From the IMG/VR virus record IMGVR_UViG_3300002294_000003, positions 1-64,000 of that record: a DNA stretch of 64,000 bases, one strand, 5' to 3'. Below are positions 16,869 to 25,539 of this stretch, piece after piece. The stretch comes from an uncultured virus (IMG/VR IMGVR_UViG_3300002294_000003) (taxonomy: Duplodnaviria > Heunggongvirae > Uroviricota > Caudoviricetes). The notes beneath the pieces are model-generated. The model ran no database searches and had not been told where the DNA came from. It worked only from the letters and a program-made list of their open reading frames with translations. Made by a program: the position numbers and the translations under genes. Numbering within the stretch: the stretch's first letter is position 1; each line of letters opens with the position of its first letter.

Positions 16869-16913
16869 ATCTCCTTTTATTAAGCGAGTTATTGCCCCCT
16901 AAATGGCAGGCAT
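16869..16913 (-). promoter_or_regulatory. ROSE-like structured 5' leader of Hsp20
   Basis: CTCGCT pairs with AGGAG with a bulged G; upstream hairpin; TATAAT at 16918-16923. Confidence 0.55.
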
Positions 16914-16925
16914 ATATATTATAGC

Positions 16926-16961
16926 AAAAGAAAAAGCGGTCTGCAAGATTATGCAGACCGC
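16926..16961 (-). terminator. Rho-independent terminator
   Basis: 10-bp GCGGTCTGCA stem followed by TTTTTCTTTT. Confidence 0.85.
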
Positions 16962-16976
16962 CAATTTCTAAATAGA

Positions 16977-17318
16977 CTACTTCTTTGTGGTAGCCTTCTT
17001 TGTTGCTGGCTTCTTGTCGCCAGTAGCCTTTTTGGCTGCTGGCTTCTTTGCTGCCTCTACGGCTGCATCTTCAAGCTTCTTTGTAACTGAAGATGTTACG
17101 GCCTTTGCTACTAGACCAAAAGCTGGATCCTTCTTATTAACCCAACGTAGTAGTGTTGGAACAGCAGAAGCCCACAGTGCATTTGCTACAAGTAGCCATT
17201 CAGCCCCACCAAACTCTAGTGGAGACGCAATGCCAGTGCTTCCCATTACGATTGTAATTGCACCTAGCACAGATCCCAAAAGGTTCCTTAGATAGGACTC
17301 AATCATTGCCTTATTCAT
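16977..17318 (-). CDS. holin-like membrane protein with Lys/Ala-rich tail
   Basis: Two hydrophobic segments; DPAFG; basic tail. Confidence 0.5.
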   Translation of the reverse strand: MNKAMIESYLRNLLGSVLGAITIVMGSTGIASPLEFGGAEWLLVANALWASAVPTLLRWVNKKDPAFGLVAKAVTSSVTKKLEDAAVEAAKKPAAKKATGDKKPATKKATTKK

Positions 17319-17336
17319 ATTTCTCCTTATTTATAT

Positions 17337-17525
17337 TTACCACAATACCTCTGAAGCAATTATTCCAAAATGCATTGGGCACATTGGTAGAGATCTTTTT
17401 TCAATTGTTTTGTATATATTAGAAACAAGCTCATTACATTTGGATATGCAACAAACTGCTGGCATCTTATTGGTCAATGCCTGCAGGCTTTTTTCTATAT
17501 CTATCTCTTGCTTCAAAGGTAACAT
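17337..17525 (-). CDS. hypothetical protein
   Basis: ORF track. Confidence 0.45.
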   Translation of the reverse strand: MLPLKQEIDIEKSLQALTNKMPAVCCISKCNELVSNIYKTIEKRSLPMCPMHFGIIASEVLW

Positions 17526-17535
17526 TTTTCTTTTA

Positions 17536-17919
17536 CTATTCTACCACATCCATGTTTTTGGAGGGTAGAAACTTTAACAGTTCTTTATAAGTTCTATCAA
17601 TTTCGCTCTCTTTGTCAGACTCCATGGCTTTATATAGGGCCTCAATAGCAGTCTGGACTTGTTCAATATATTCATATGCTCCATCCCTGGAGTCAGAGAG
17701 AAACTTAATAAAGTCGTTCTCTATGCTTGGACCATTGTTTACTATAAAAGATAGTCTATCTATTTCTTCTGACAACACATTTTTATCGACAAATAGTTGT
17801 GCTATAACTGAAATGAATTTGTTATTCTTAATCTTTAGTACAATAGCGATAATTGATAAAGCCAATATGATTGATGCAAGACCAGCTAAAATTAAGACAT
17901 TGATTAATTCTGAACTCAC
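17536..17919 (-). CDS. membrane-anchored hypothetical protein
   Basis: N-terminal TM segment. Confidence 0.7.
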   Translation of the reverse strand: MSSELINVLILAGLASIILALSIIAIVLKIKNNKFISVIAQLFVDKNVLSEEIDRLSFIVNNGPSIENDFIKFLSDSRDGAYEYIEQVQTAIEALYKAMESDKESEIDRTYKELLKFLPSKNMDVVE

Positions 17920-18398
17920 TGGCTCTCCTTATGTGTTACCCAGTAATATTTGCAAGTATCGCAGCAAGGCTGATTGTATTTGCTAATAGTTGCAGACTCA
18001 AACTCAAAGTAGAATTCTGGATCTTTATAAAACAGATTTGCTTTATGGGTCGTAGTTACAAATTTCATAATTTCTGAGTTCTGATACCATTTTGGAAAAC
18101 CGCTCCCCCAGTTCTTGATGTTATTAGTTCTCAGAGTTATCAAGTTGTTTGTATTCTTGTCTGTCTTAATTCCTCTATAGTTTGCTTCACGAATCATAGA
18201 AGACACATAGTCATACAGAGATACTTCAAAGTCCTTCCACATTTTTACTGCTGGATGATTTCTCCAACCAGCGTGTGGATCATTGCTGGATAAAACCTTA
18301 AGTATTTGATAGCATTCAAGTATTTGCTTGTTTAATCTTTTGGAGTCAAGCATTTTGGCTACGGTATCAAAATCTTTTGATGGCAAAAATGTTTGCAT
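17916..18398 (-). CDS. pyrimidine-dimer DNA glycosylase / MSMEG_6728-family protein
   Basis: MQTFLP..LDSKRLNKQILE..WRNHPAVKMW..HKANL. Confidence 0.85.
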   Translation of the reverse strand: MQTFLPSKDFDTVAKMLDSKRLNKQILECYQILKVLSSNDPHAGWRNHPAVKMWKDFEVSLYDYVSSMIREANYRGIKTDKNTNNLITLRTNNIKNWGSGFPKWYQNSEIMKFVTTTHKANLFYKDPEFYFEFESATISKYNQPCCDTCKYYWVTHKESQ

Positions 18399-18637
18399 TA
18401 CTCTGCCCCACCTTCTCGTACTAGTAGCACGATAGCTCCATTGTCTTCCAAGGCTTTTTTAACCTTTATCATATATTCTACCGCATGACGCTTGTCTGCG
18501 TCAAGTAGTGACATAAACTGTTTTTCACTGGCTTTTACAGTAAGAAAGTGATTGTGGTCAATAATCTGTAACGTAAATCCTTTTGGCCCAGTCCCATCAA
18601 GAGAATGAAAGGCTCGCTTCATATCGTCTGTATACAT
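18398..18637 (-). CDS. hypothetical protein
   Basis: Coupled ORF. Confidence 0.7.
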   Translation of the reverse strand: MYTDDMKRAFHSLDGTGPKGFTLQIIDHNHFLTVKASEKQFMSLLDADKRHAVEYMIKVKKALEDNGAIVLLVREGGAE

Positions 18638-18924
18638 TATTTATTATCCATCGTTAGATATTTCCAGGTTTCTGCCCACCTAGCCTTGTCTCTATGCTTA
18701 TTAAATTCTTTAGAAATTTTTCCACCTTCTAAATATACTCCTCCCCAAACACCCCATTCTTTTTGCGAGATGCCAACCGCAAAACATTGTCTTGCAACTG
18801 GGCAAGTTGAGCATAACTGATCTATTGCAGGCCTTAAGCTTATGTTTTCTTCATATTTATCAAAGAATAAATTCCAGTCATAGTCTTTACAAGCAGCTTT
18901 TTCTTTCCATTTTTGAGATTGCAT
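18637..18924 (-). CDS. whiB: WhiB-family transcription factor
   Basis: AAC..FF..CSTCPVARQC..WGVWGG. Confidence 0.92.
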   Translation of the reverse strand: MQSQKWKEKAACKDYDWNLFFDKYEENISLRPAIDQLCSTCPVARQCFAVGISQKEWGVWGGVYLEGGKISKEFNKHRDKARWAETWKYLTMDNK

Positions 18925-18927
18925 TTG

Positions 18928-19137
18928 CTACCTCATAAACTTATTTGGAATCTCCCAACCCTCAGTGGACAGAGCAAATATCTTTTGAGTGTACCACCTG
19001 CCTTTGATATAGGCACCATCTGGCTTGGACCAGGCAGTAGGATTTGGCAAAGACTGGACTACGTCCCAGCCACGCCATGAAAGAGTTTTATTAGATTCAA
19101 CAATCTCTTCCATTTGTTCAAGCGAAGTAATTAACAT
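18928..19137 (-). CDS. hypothetical protein
   Basis: GGAG RBS; ORF track. Confidence 0.7.
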   Translation of the reverse strand: MLITSLEQMEEIVESNKTLSWRGWDVVQSLPNPTAWSKPDGAYIKGRWYTQKIFALSTEGWEIPNKFMR

Positions 19138-19146
19138 TACAACTCC

Positions 19147-19515
19147 TTACTTATTTTTATCTTTGATCTCGTCATATCTCCAGGCACGAACGTCAACCTC
19201 TTTATTGTCCAAAAAGTTTGCAAGGCTAGAGAATGTTTCCTTCTTTGAGCAAAAGTAAATAAACATTTCAATTTTTTCAAAGTTATTTCTAAACCAAGAC
19301 TCTGGCATATAAACCAATTTAACTGATATGCCCCTTGATTTAAAGTCAGAAACGTTTAAAAACTCTAGTGCCATCTCATTAATTCTTTTTGGTCCAGCAC
19401 TAAAAACTGTCAGTCTTTTATCTGTTATTGGCATTAATCGTAATGGCATGGCCATTCCATGAATGAAAGAAGCGTAGTCGTTATAGGTTTTTGAACCCTG
19501 AATCCCCACTATCAT
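19147..19515 (-). CDS. SLOG/DUF2493-like protein
   Basis: N-terminal IVGIQGSKTYNDY resembles the YspA/SLOG start. Confidence 0.5.
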   Translation of the reverse strand: MIVGIQGSKTYNDYASFIHGMAMPLRLMPITDKRLTVFSAGPKRINEMALEFLNVSDFKSRGISVKLVYMPESWFRNNFEKIEMFIYFCSKKETFSSLANFLDNKEVDVRAWRYDEIKDKNK

Positions 19516-19915
19516 TTTGCTTACCTTCCGTTAATTTTTGAACAATAAAAAACATCTTGTCTAATTCTACCCTATCCATACCCATTGTGTCAACTGTTTT
19601 TATTGTAGAATTATCAATTTGTCCATTAATAACTGAAGCCTGGTAGAATTTGTTATCTTTTATCCAGTAGGCATTGCCGTCAACGAATACTACTGTCATA
19701 CTCTGCTTAGCCATTAGATCTCTAGATTGGGTTTTAATAGGCTCTGGGTCGTCTTGTAAATTTTGCAAAGCAAATAATAGTAAACTGTGTATATAGCTCT
19801 GACTACGTCTAATGGGATAAACAGTAAATCTTCTAGCGATCTCAAGCTTTTGTATTACTTTAGCAGCAATATATAATGAAGCAATGCCGAAAACTATACC
19901 AAATAAAAATTCCAT
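19481..19915 (-). CDS. membrane-anchored hypothetical protein
   Basis: N-terminal TM segment. Confidence 0.7.
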   Translation of the reverse strand: MEFLFGIVFGIASLYIAAKVIQKLEIARRFTVYPIRRSQSYIHSLLLFALQNLQDDPEPIKTQSRDLMAKQSMTVVFVDGNAYWIKDNKFYQASVINGQIDNSTIKTVDTMGMDRVELDKMFFIVQKLTEGKQNDSGDSGFKNL

Positions 19916-19936
19916 ATAAACCCCAAGACTATTATA

Positions 19937-20275
19937 CTATTGAATCTTGAGTGCCTCTATAATAGTCATCAATGCATGCCTATAAATCTTTGGCAACTGT
20001 GCTACTTCGTATTCATTTAATGCTTTAGGCATTAAAGTTACCCTTGGACTTTCCGATTCTATATCCATTGCAACAAAACCATGCTCCCAAAGATAAACAA
20101 TTAAGCCATAAAATTCTTCATTAAGCTGTTCTTGCAATCCAGGAATTGTGTTTCTTGCTTCTTCTGTAAATGAATATAAAAATTCTTGAGTCTCTGGATC
20201 AATACCAGAGACTTCAACATAGCCATTTAAAATTAAATATTCTAAATAGTCTTCGGAATCACTATGATTGAACAT
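19937..20275 (-). CDS. hypothetical protein
   Basis: ORF track; start moved to minimise overlap. Confidence 0.65.
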   Translation of the reverse strand: MFNHSDSEDYLEYLILNGYVEVSGIDPETQEFLYSFTEEARNTIPGLQEQLNEEFYGLIVYLWEHGFVAMDIESESPRVTLMPKALNEYEVAQLPKIYRHALMTIIEALKIQ

Positions 20276-20666
20276 TACGTTTTGCAAGTAGGGCATCAAA
20301 ATCTTTGACCTTGGTATCTCCAAGGTATCCCCAAGCATATCCCTTTTCAATCATTTCATGGTTTACGGAGTTGCCATCGCCGTCAAGATATAGCCAACCC
20401 AATATTCTGCCATACTTTTCTGAGCTATTAAGCTTCTCAGTTTTAATTACTATGTTTTTAGCAGCTTTAATTTTAGATTCAAGAAATTTCTTTGATTCAA
20501 GACCCAAAGCTTTTTCACGCTTGTCTGCAGTGCGAGATTCTGGAGTGTCAATGCCAGCCAACCTTACCCTGGACGAAAACATGATATCAAAACCAAGATC
20601 AATAATGACATCGATTGTGTCCCCGTCAACGACTTTTGTGACCTCTTTTACAAAATACTGATACAT
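20262..20666 (-). CDS. thermonuclease (SNase-like)
   Basis: VVDGDTID, RVRLAGIDTPE, KYGRILG. Confidence 0.92.
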   Translation of the reverse strand: MYQYFVKEVTKVVDGDTIDVIIDLGFDIMFSSRVRLAGIDTPESRTADKREKALGLESKKFLESKIKAAKNIVIKTEKLNSSEKYGRILGWLYLDGDGNSVNHEMIEKGYAWGYLGDTKVKDFDALLAKRNVQS

Positions 20667-20700
20667 AAAATCTCCTTATTTTAATAAAGTATATCAAACT

Positions 20701-21519
20701 TTAGCTTAAAATGCCAGCATCCGTTAGCTCTCCTAGGAATTCATGCACCACTTTGGGGTCATGCCACTGGTCAAATTGGCTAAAAAGAATGTCTGTAACC
20801 CCAAGCTTTTCAAGCTCTAAAAACTTTTTTGTTAATGTTTCTTTTGAGCCATAGATAGGTGAGCTATCAGTTGTTCTATTTTCTTCTGGAATATTCGCAA
20901 CCTCTTGTTCTGCTGCCTCATCGGTTTCTCTTACTAAAACAGACAAAAATATAAAAATCTTTTTAAACTTTCTGCTTGTAAACTTTTCTGGATCTTCCAT
21001 AAAAGATTCATAAAATGTAGCAACAATATCGGATGTTTCTTTTGCCAAATCTAGCGATTCTTTTGATGATCCTGACACTAAAATTTCTGGCATTTCATAT
21101 GGAATATAAACATTAGTTTCATTTAAGAATTTATGCATAAATTGTTTAGCATACTCTTTTCTATAATTATTATCGTGTAGTTGTTCGCCGTGCATAATTC
21201 CATCAAATGTTTCTTTAGGACCAATTATGCCATGAACAAGATTTAGCATTAATCGGTTATTGGATATTTGATTGAATGACGCTATTAGCATAGCCAAATA
21301 CTGTGGACTAAATAAATATGGTCTTACTGCAATCATATACTTAAATTTATGATTTTTATTTACTGAGCTAGATAGTCTTGTCCACATATCTCCAAGCCTA
21401 GAATGTACAGTAAACAATACAGATTCATATCCGTATGGATCTAGCTCTTCTGTAAGAGCTTTAATGCTTTCTGGTGTCTCTGGTGGTCTATATCTATTTA
21501 TCCAATGTTTTCTTATCAT
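20701..21519 (-). CDS. LLM-class (SsuD-like) flavin monooxygenase, copy 1
   Basis: GYESVL..D.W..KYMIAVRP..SP..NQISNNRLMLNLVHG; IYGS..LEKLGV. Confidence 0.8.
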   Translation of the reverse strand: MIRKHWINRYRPPETPESIKALTEELDPYGYESVLFTVHSRLGDMWTRLSSSVNKNHKFKYMIAVRPYLFSPQYLAMLIASFNQISNNRLMLNLVHGIIGPKETFDGIMHGEQLHDNNYRKEYAKQFMHKFLNETNVYIPYEMPEILVSGSSKESLDLAKETSDIVATFYESFMEDPEKFTSRKFKKIFIFLSVLVRETDEAAEQEVANIPEENRTTDSSPIYGSKETLTKKFLELEKLGVTDILFSQFDQWHDPKVVHEFLGELTDAGILS

Positions 21520-21719
21520 TTACGAATGCCCCACTTAATTCTAGACCATATTCTTTCATGGAAAAAGTAAACAATAATTTTAATAAATATTTCAATACTT
21601 ACAATTGCTGTTGCCATCTCAAGTTTTCCAGTAACGATAAATGAAATAATAAACGTATTTAGACTTTGCCAAAATCTATATGTCAAAGCCTTTGTAATGG
21701 AGCGAGCATTAGATTCCAA
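21516..21719 (-). CDS. DUF2061 membrane protein, copy 1
   Basis: RSITKALTYR..YFFHERIWSRIKWG; TTG start. Confidence 0.85.
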   Translation of the reverse strand: MESNARSITKALTYRFWQSLNTFIISFIVTGKLEMATAIVSIEIFIKIIVYFFHERIWSRIKWGIRK

Positions 21720-22473
21720 GTTCTTTTCTCTTCTGTGTAGCAGAGATTGCCTGGATTTCTGGTGGAAGATCAATGTGTTCTATTTTGTAGCCAACATCCC
21801 TACCATATACAATATTGGTAATATTTGGTAGCTTTACCACCAATGTGTGTTCATGTATACTTCCGTCACTTTTAAGTATTCTTTTTCTAACTTCCTCATA
21901 AGTGAGCGGATCTTTTTCCGAAGTCCCATATGTATTCCTAACTCCTATAAGAACTTGCTCTGTTCTTTTGTGGGCCTCCTGCTTCAATGCCTGATGTCCC
22001 TCATGCCATGGCTGATACCTGCCCAGCTGAAGGGTTGTTGGTGCAGACCAATCAAACAGATTAAATTCTTTAATAATTGTATCAGCTTTGGTGTCGTCTT
22101 CAAGTCTAGTAAAAGTAAAATCTACATAGCTTTCTGCAGGGTCTTGCCAGATTGTATTTGTATCGCTATATCTTCCTGCATCAATAGTATTCATCCATAT
22201 TACAATATCTGACTTTCCAAATGCTGTTCTGGCAGACTGCGTTGGACATACAAAATCTGCAATAACAATATGACCTTGTTTTGACAGAAGCCTTGCTACT
22301 GCACCAATTCTTCTTGCCTGCTCAATCCTATCGTCAACGCTAAAGCTTAAGTCGCTGCTCAGGTCCTCCCTGACATCGTCACCATTTAATAAAATTGCAT
22401 TAGTTCTGCTTGCAAGCTCTTTAGCTAGGGTAGTTTTTCCACTACCAGGAAGCCCAATTATCTCAATAATCAA
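21709..22473 (-). CDS. cysC: adenylyl-sulfate kinase fused to a HIGH-type nucleotidyltransferase
   Basis: GLPGSGKTT, LNGDDVR, LSFSVDDRIEQARR; C-terminal GRYQPWHEGH..ISATQKR. Confidence 0.85.
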   Translation of the reverse strand: MIIEIIGLPGSGKTTLAKELASRTNAILLNGDDVREDLSSDLSFSVDDRIEQARRIGAVARLLSKQGHIVIADFVCPTQSARTAFGKSDIVIWMNTIDAGRYSDTNTIWQDPAESYVDFTFTRLEDDTKADTIIKEFNLFDWSAPTTLQLGRYQPWHEGHQALKQEAHKRTEQVLIGVRNTYGTSEKDPLTYEEVRKRILKSDGSIHEHTLVVKLPNITNIVYGRDVGYKIEHIDLPPEIQAISATQKRKELGI

Positions 22474-22712
22474 TTTTCCCCAACCAATCTATTCTCTACA
22501 AGTCGCTCTCGCTCATCAATAATTTGATAGGCAAATTTAGATAATTTGTCATAGCCTACTGCATTATTAACGATACTATTATAGTGATGGGAGCAAAACA
22601 ATAGCTCTCCATTTACGCCAACAGCTTTTACAAAAGCCTGGGCTGAGCAATATGCGTCACATCTATCTAAGGCTGTAAGTGTCCACTCAACCCTATCTTT
22701 AAGAACCTGCAA
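22470..22712 (-). CDS. actinobacterial-type small Zn-binding protein
   Basis: LTALDRCD..AQA..ELLFCSHH. Confidence 0.65.
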   Translation of the reverse strand: MQVLKDRVEWTLTALDRCDAYCSAQAFVKAVGVNGELLFCSHHYNSIVNNAVGYDKLSKFAYQIIDERERLVENRLVGEN

Positions 22713-22714
22713 AT

Positions 22715-22897
22715 TTACTTTCCTTTATCAGTTGAATAAAAGCCACCACCATTAAAGGTAACTCCTACAGAAGAGTATACTCTATTTAATGGCTTTTGAC
22801 AAGCTAGACATTCTGGAACTCTTTCTTTATCTGCAATGCCCCTAGAAATTGCAACTATGGCATCGCATGATCCACACTTATAGTCGTAAATAGGCAT
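22715..22897 (-). CDS. FmdB-family zinc ribbon protein
   Basis: MPIYDYKC..CLAC..GGGFYSTD. Confidence 0.85.
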   Translation of the reverse strand: MPIYDYKCGSCDAIVAISRGIADKERVPECLACQKPLNRVYSSVGVTFNGGGFYSTDKGK

Positions 22898-23721
22898 TAT
22901 GGTAGTTTAATAACCTGTCCAACTTTAATCTGATTTGCACTCTTAAGCTTATTTAAACTAACAAGCTTTTGAACCGTGGTTTTATACTTAAATGCAATTC
23001 CACTAAGTGTATCCCCAGATACTACTTTATGTGCCTTTACAGGGGCCTTTGAAGGCTTTTGAGGGGCATTTGTGGCTGGCTTGGTAGCTTTTGGTACAGG
23101 CTTAGAAACTGGCTTTACAGCGGGCTTTGGCTTAACCTCAATCGGCTTGGCACTAGCTCCTGGGGTATTTGGAGAGCTGGCCTTGTTTGATGGGGCAGAT
23201 CCAACATTAGCATAATCTGCAGCCCCCTCAAGGGCAATTAAAGACTTCATAAACTCAATTGGCTCAACGAAGCCCTTGCCGTCATCAGACCATCCATGCG
23301 TCTTTCCTTTCCAGATTTCCCAGTGCAAATGAACACCAGTGCTCATACCACTGGTCCCCATCGTTCCAAGCAAATCTCCAGCTTTAACCTTATCCCCCTG
23401 CTTTACTTTCATAGAGCCTTTTACAAGGTGGGCATACAAAGAACTATAAAATTGACCATTAATGTTATGAGTAATTTTTACATAGTACCCAAAACCGCTT
23501 GGCTCACCATTGTCTTGCTTTGTTTTAGATGGTCCAGCATATGTAACAGTTCCAGGATACGGGGCATAGATACCACGATCTTTTCCAGCGGTATAAATAA
23601 TGTCAGTTCCGTTGTGGTGTTTGCGTGTTTTCTTTACTGGGTGTATTCTCCAGCCCATATAGCTAGTCACCTTCCAGTGCTTACCCAGCAAACCAGAAAG
23701 TGGCATTTGTGCTTTAGCCAT
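22897..23721 (-). CDS. endolysin: M23 peptidase plus C-terminal LysM
   Basis: HNGTD, YAHL, STGVHLHWE; VVSGDTLSGIA..GQVIKLP. Confidence 0.9.
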   Translation of the reverse strand: MAKAQMPLSGLLGKHWKVTSYMGWRIHPVKKTRKHHNGTDIIYTAGKDRGIYAPYPGTVTYAGPSKTKQDNGEPSGFGYYVKITHNINGQFYSSLYAHLVKGSMKVKQGDKVKAGDLLGTMGTSGMSTGVHLHWEIWKGKTHGWSDDGKGFVEPIEFMKSLIALEGAADYANVGSAPSNKASSPNTPGASAKPIEVKPKPAVKPVSKPVPKATKPATNAPQKPSKAPVKAHKVVSGDTLSGIAFKYKTTVQKLVSLNKLKSANQIKVGQVIKLP

Positions 23722-23756
23722 AAAAACTCCTTTTTAATAATTATATCACGAATCAG

Positions 23757-23829
23757 AGCTACCCAAGAGGCTCGAACTCTTGACCTTCCGCTTACAAGGC
23801 GGATGCTCTACCTACTGAGCTAGGGTAGC
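23757..23829 (-). tRNA. trnT: tRNA-Thr(TGT)
   Basis: GCTACCC/GGGTAGC; TCCGC-CTTGTAA-GCGGA. Confidence 0.93.
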
Positions 23830-23837
23830 ATTTATAA

Positions 23838-24425
23838 CTATGCCGCTAATTTAACTATCTTTTTATGCATATCTACTGCCTCTGCTATAAAATCTAAGCT
23901 GCTAACCAAATTATCGATTTCTAGCCTAAGCTTACTCTTTTCTCTTGGCATATGACCATCGTGGCTATCTCCCCAAACCTTATTGTTTTCAAAACTAATA
24001 TCATTTATGGTTAAATTTTCTTTTCCAGGAAGATAGCTAAAATTAAATCTATTAACAATTTTTTTGATTTCTTGTATCGCATCAGCCTTAGCATTATTAA
24101 AATTAATAATATGGATATTGTCTGAATATTTTGTTGCATAATCTACATATTTTTGATAATTTAAAAATGCTTGTTCTGCAGGTTGATACATTGACCTTAT
24201 ATCAAATCCAAGTTCTGTGTTTTCTAATTGCTTATATAGTAAAGAAGCAATTGATTCTTCTGGATTTCTAAATATAGCCACATTGAAAATTTCTTTTACT
24301 TGGTATATTTCTGGTATATGAACACTTGAGATCATGTCCAATGACAACGTTTGACGTGCCACATTGCTCATAAAAACATTTCCAGATCTAGGAAATGAAT
24401 TAAAAATAAGCTGACAATGATTCAT
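23838..24425 (-). CDS. sulfotransferase-like protein
   Basis: 5'-PSB-like SFPRSGN and 3'-PB-like RNPEESIAS. Confidence 0.7.
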   Translation of the reverse strand: MNHCQLIFNSFPRSGNVFMSNVARQTLSLDMISSVHIPEIYQVKEIFNVAIFRNPEESIASLLYKQLENTELGFDIRSMYQPAEQAFLNYQKYVDYATKYSDNIHIINFNNAKADAIQEIKKIVNRFNFSYLPGKENLTINDISFENNKVWGDSHDGHMPREKSKLRLEIDNLVSSLDFIAEAVDMHKKIVKLAA

Positions 24426-24473
24426 TTATAACTCCTTACATATATTATATCATTTAAGTAATTAATATGGTAT

Positions 24474-25352
24474 TTAAATTGTGGTATTTCCATCTATATA
24501 TTTTTTAATATATTGAATCATATTTGGGCGTTCTTTTTCGGGAGAACCGCTTAGAAGAACCTCAGATATGTTTTCTGATTCTATTTTTTTTATAAAATTA
24601 CAAAATTCTCTATATGTAAAATATTCAGTATCTGTTGTAGCTCTTTCTCTATCTATATAGCTACCCCCACCATAAGTGTGTATAAGTTTATCTTGGGGAA
24701 ACTCCGTGTCTATTTCTTCCTGGGTTTCTCTTATAATTGGAGCAATGGCTAACATAATTTTTTGATCAGAAATATCTAATTTTGCACCTGGTTTTGTTTG
24801 GCCAGAAATTTCTCTATCTAAAAAATAATTATTCTTATAAACAGCATAAGGTAAAATAATTTTTTCTTTTAGCTCAGTTGCTTTTTCATAAGAAAAAATA
24901 TTTGTACAGCTTACATAATAGTCTGGAATTTCAATTTTGTCATTTTTTTTCATTTTAGAAAGTTCTTCTATATAATTTATTAAATAATTGGTTCTATCCT
25001 TTACAGAGGAATAGTCTGTTATTTCTCCAACAAATCCATCAAAATCTATTTCATTTGGTTTTATGTGCCCAGCAATTAAATTAATTTGAAGCCTATCTTT
25101 TTGTACTTCATTCATTGATTTATTTATCATACAAAGATATTGGGCAGAGATGGTGTGTGGCCTTATTGCAATCATATATTTTATTTTTTGATTTAAATCT
25201 AAGCTTCTGGCTATTTTTGTAAAAAAATCACCCTGGTATGGATTATAAGTAAATAACACGCCATCAAAACTATTTTTTTCTAAATTATTAATAGATGAGA
25301 CATTGTTTCCATCCTCTGGCCCAAGATATCCACCAAAATAATAAAACTTCAT
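24474..25352 (-). CDS. LLM-class (SsuD-like) flavin monooxygenase, copy 2
   Basis: FDGVLFTY..GDFFT..KYMIAIRPHTISAQYL..RLQINLIAG. Confidence 0.75.
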   Translation of the reverse strand: MKFYYFGGYLGPEDGNNVSSINNLEKNSFDGVLFTYNPYQGDFFTKIARSLDLNQKIKYMIAIRPHTISAQYLCMINKSMNEVQKDRLQINLIAGHIKPNEIDFDGFVGEITDYSSVKDRTNYLINYIEELSKMKKNDKIEIPDYYVSCTNIFSYEKATELKEKIILPYAVYKNNYFLDREISGQTKPGAKLDISDQKIMLAIAPIIRETQEEIDTEFPQDKLIHTYGGGSYIDRERATTDTEYFTYREFCNFIKKIESENISEVLLSGSPEKERPNMIQYIKKYIDGNTTI

Positions 25353-25384
25353 TTTATAACTATACCATTCGTTGTTTGTTTGAG

Positions 25385-25457
25385 CAGTCCCAACGGGATT
25401 CGAACCCGTGCTACCGCCGTGAAAGGGCGGTGTCCTAGGCCTCTAGACGATGGGACC
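25385..25457 (-). tRNA. trnE: tRNA-Glu(TTC)
   Basis: CCGCC-CTTTCAC-GGCGG; TTCGAA. Confidence 0.93.
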
Positions 25458-25461
25458 TCAG

Positions 25462-25535
25462 CGACTCCGATGGGACTTGAACCCACGACCCCCACCGTGA
25501 CAGGGTGGTGCTCTAACCTACTGAGCTACGGAGCC
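25462..25535 (-). tRNA. trnD: tRNA-Asp(GTC)
   Basis: CCACC-CTGTCAC-GGTGG; TTCAAG. Confidence 0.93.
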
Positions 25536-25539
25536 AATA

